This document shows, piece by piece, positions 49,380-49,909 of a stretch of 49,909 nucleotides of DNA (positions are counted from its first letter, which is position 1; every line of letters begins with the position of its first letter). Under the pieces are notes generated by a model. That model had not been told where the DNA came from, did no database searches, and saw only the letters and a program-made list of their open reading frames with translations. Origin of the DNA: Meiothermus sp. GTDB taxonomy: Bacteria; Deinococcota; Deinococci; Deinococcales; Thermaceae. The stretch covers positions 1-49,909 of the forward strand of contig JANRLD010000116.1 in NCBI GenBank assembly GCA_033762915.1, read 5' to 3'. The translations under genes and the position numbers were made by a program.

Positions 49380-49909
49380 ATGACTCGAGCCCGCCTCCTC
49401 ACCGCCTTGCTCCCGGTCTTTCTGGGGGTCTGGCTGGCCATTGCTCAGGAGACCCAGCCTATCCCTCCTCCGACTCAGGAACAGCCCGCCCAGCCTGCGA
49501 ACCCGCAGCCCCCGGGACCCCCAGGACAACCCGATCCAGCAGCGCCCGAAAACCAACCGCCGGGGGGCCAACCCGCTCCTGGGCCCACACCACCAGAAGC
49601 CGAGCCAGACTTCAAAACCACCGCCGAGATCGAGCGGCGCGGCAAAAAGATTGTGGTGGTGAAGACCGGGCCGGACAACCCGCCGGTGGTGATCGAGCTG
49701 CGCGACCTGGCGGGCGGGACCATTACCGCGCTGGGTGCGGAGAAAAAAACCATCAAACTGGGGGAAAAAGAGTTCATCACCGACAGCCTGACCCGTTACT
49801 GGAACGGGGCCAGCCCGGCCAAGTTTGAAGACCTGAAGGTAGGGCAGCAGGTGCGTCTGGAGACGGCCGAGCAGAACGACGGGGCAGTTAAGGCCTTCGA
49901 CGTGCGGAT
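49380..49909 (+). CDS. 5' part of a secreted protein: Pro/Gln-rich linker and DUF5666-like OB domain, possibly a further OstA-family gene (runs off window)
   Basis: MTRARLLTALLPVFLGVWLAIA signal; QPIPPPTQEQPAQPANPQPP...; GTITAL..TIKLG..FITDSLTRY..FEDLKVGQQVRLE. Confidence 0.7.
   Translation, partial: MTRARLLTALLPVFLGVWLAIAQETQPIPPPTQEQPAQPANPQPPGPPGQPDPAAPENQPPGGQPAPGPTPPEAEPDFKTTAEIERRGKKIVVVKTGPDNPPVVIELRDLAGGTITALGAEKKTIKLGEKEFITDSLTRYWNGASPAKFEDLKVGQQVRLETAEQNDGAVKAFDVR

Overview
GC-rich bacterial chromosomal segment, most likely Deinococcota/Thermales (Meiothermus-like; inferred from a Thermus-type 7Fe ferredoxin, a FemAB bridge transferase, a LonC-type protease and many leaderless TANNNT promoters). 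It has about 45 CDS. I found no rRNA, tRNA, CRISPR array or transposase. Positions ~0.5-16.8 kb form an accessory, stress-type block: second ferredoxin, USP-like protein, LonC, hydrolases, BON protein, HhH protein, three secreted HExxH proteins and three permease-less ABC ATPases. All six of its inferred transcription units carry the same GTAAY-N6-GTAAY direct repeat, five of them exactly 10 bp upstream of a -10-like hexamer, which suggests an OmpR/PhoB-type regulon. The rest is mostly housekeeping: anmK, TetR-SMR pair, sseA, lysA, ArsR-SRPBCC, glgA, rimO, pxpBC, skp pair, pheA, femAB and lptC/lptA. Best leads: (1) a receiver domain fused to a type I restriction HsdR C-terminal (EcoEI_R_C-like) domain, (2) the six-box regulon, (3) strong HIP-like overrepresentation of CTCGAG, (4) a ~77-bp MITE/REP-like repeat, one copy of which supplies a gene's C-terminus, and (5) a membrane protein with duplicated PmoC/AmoC-like metal motifs. 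All family calls come from motif recognition, not database searches.
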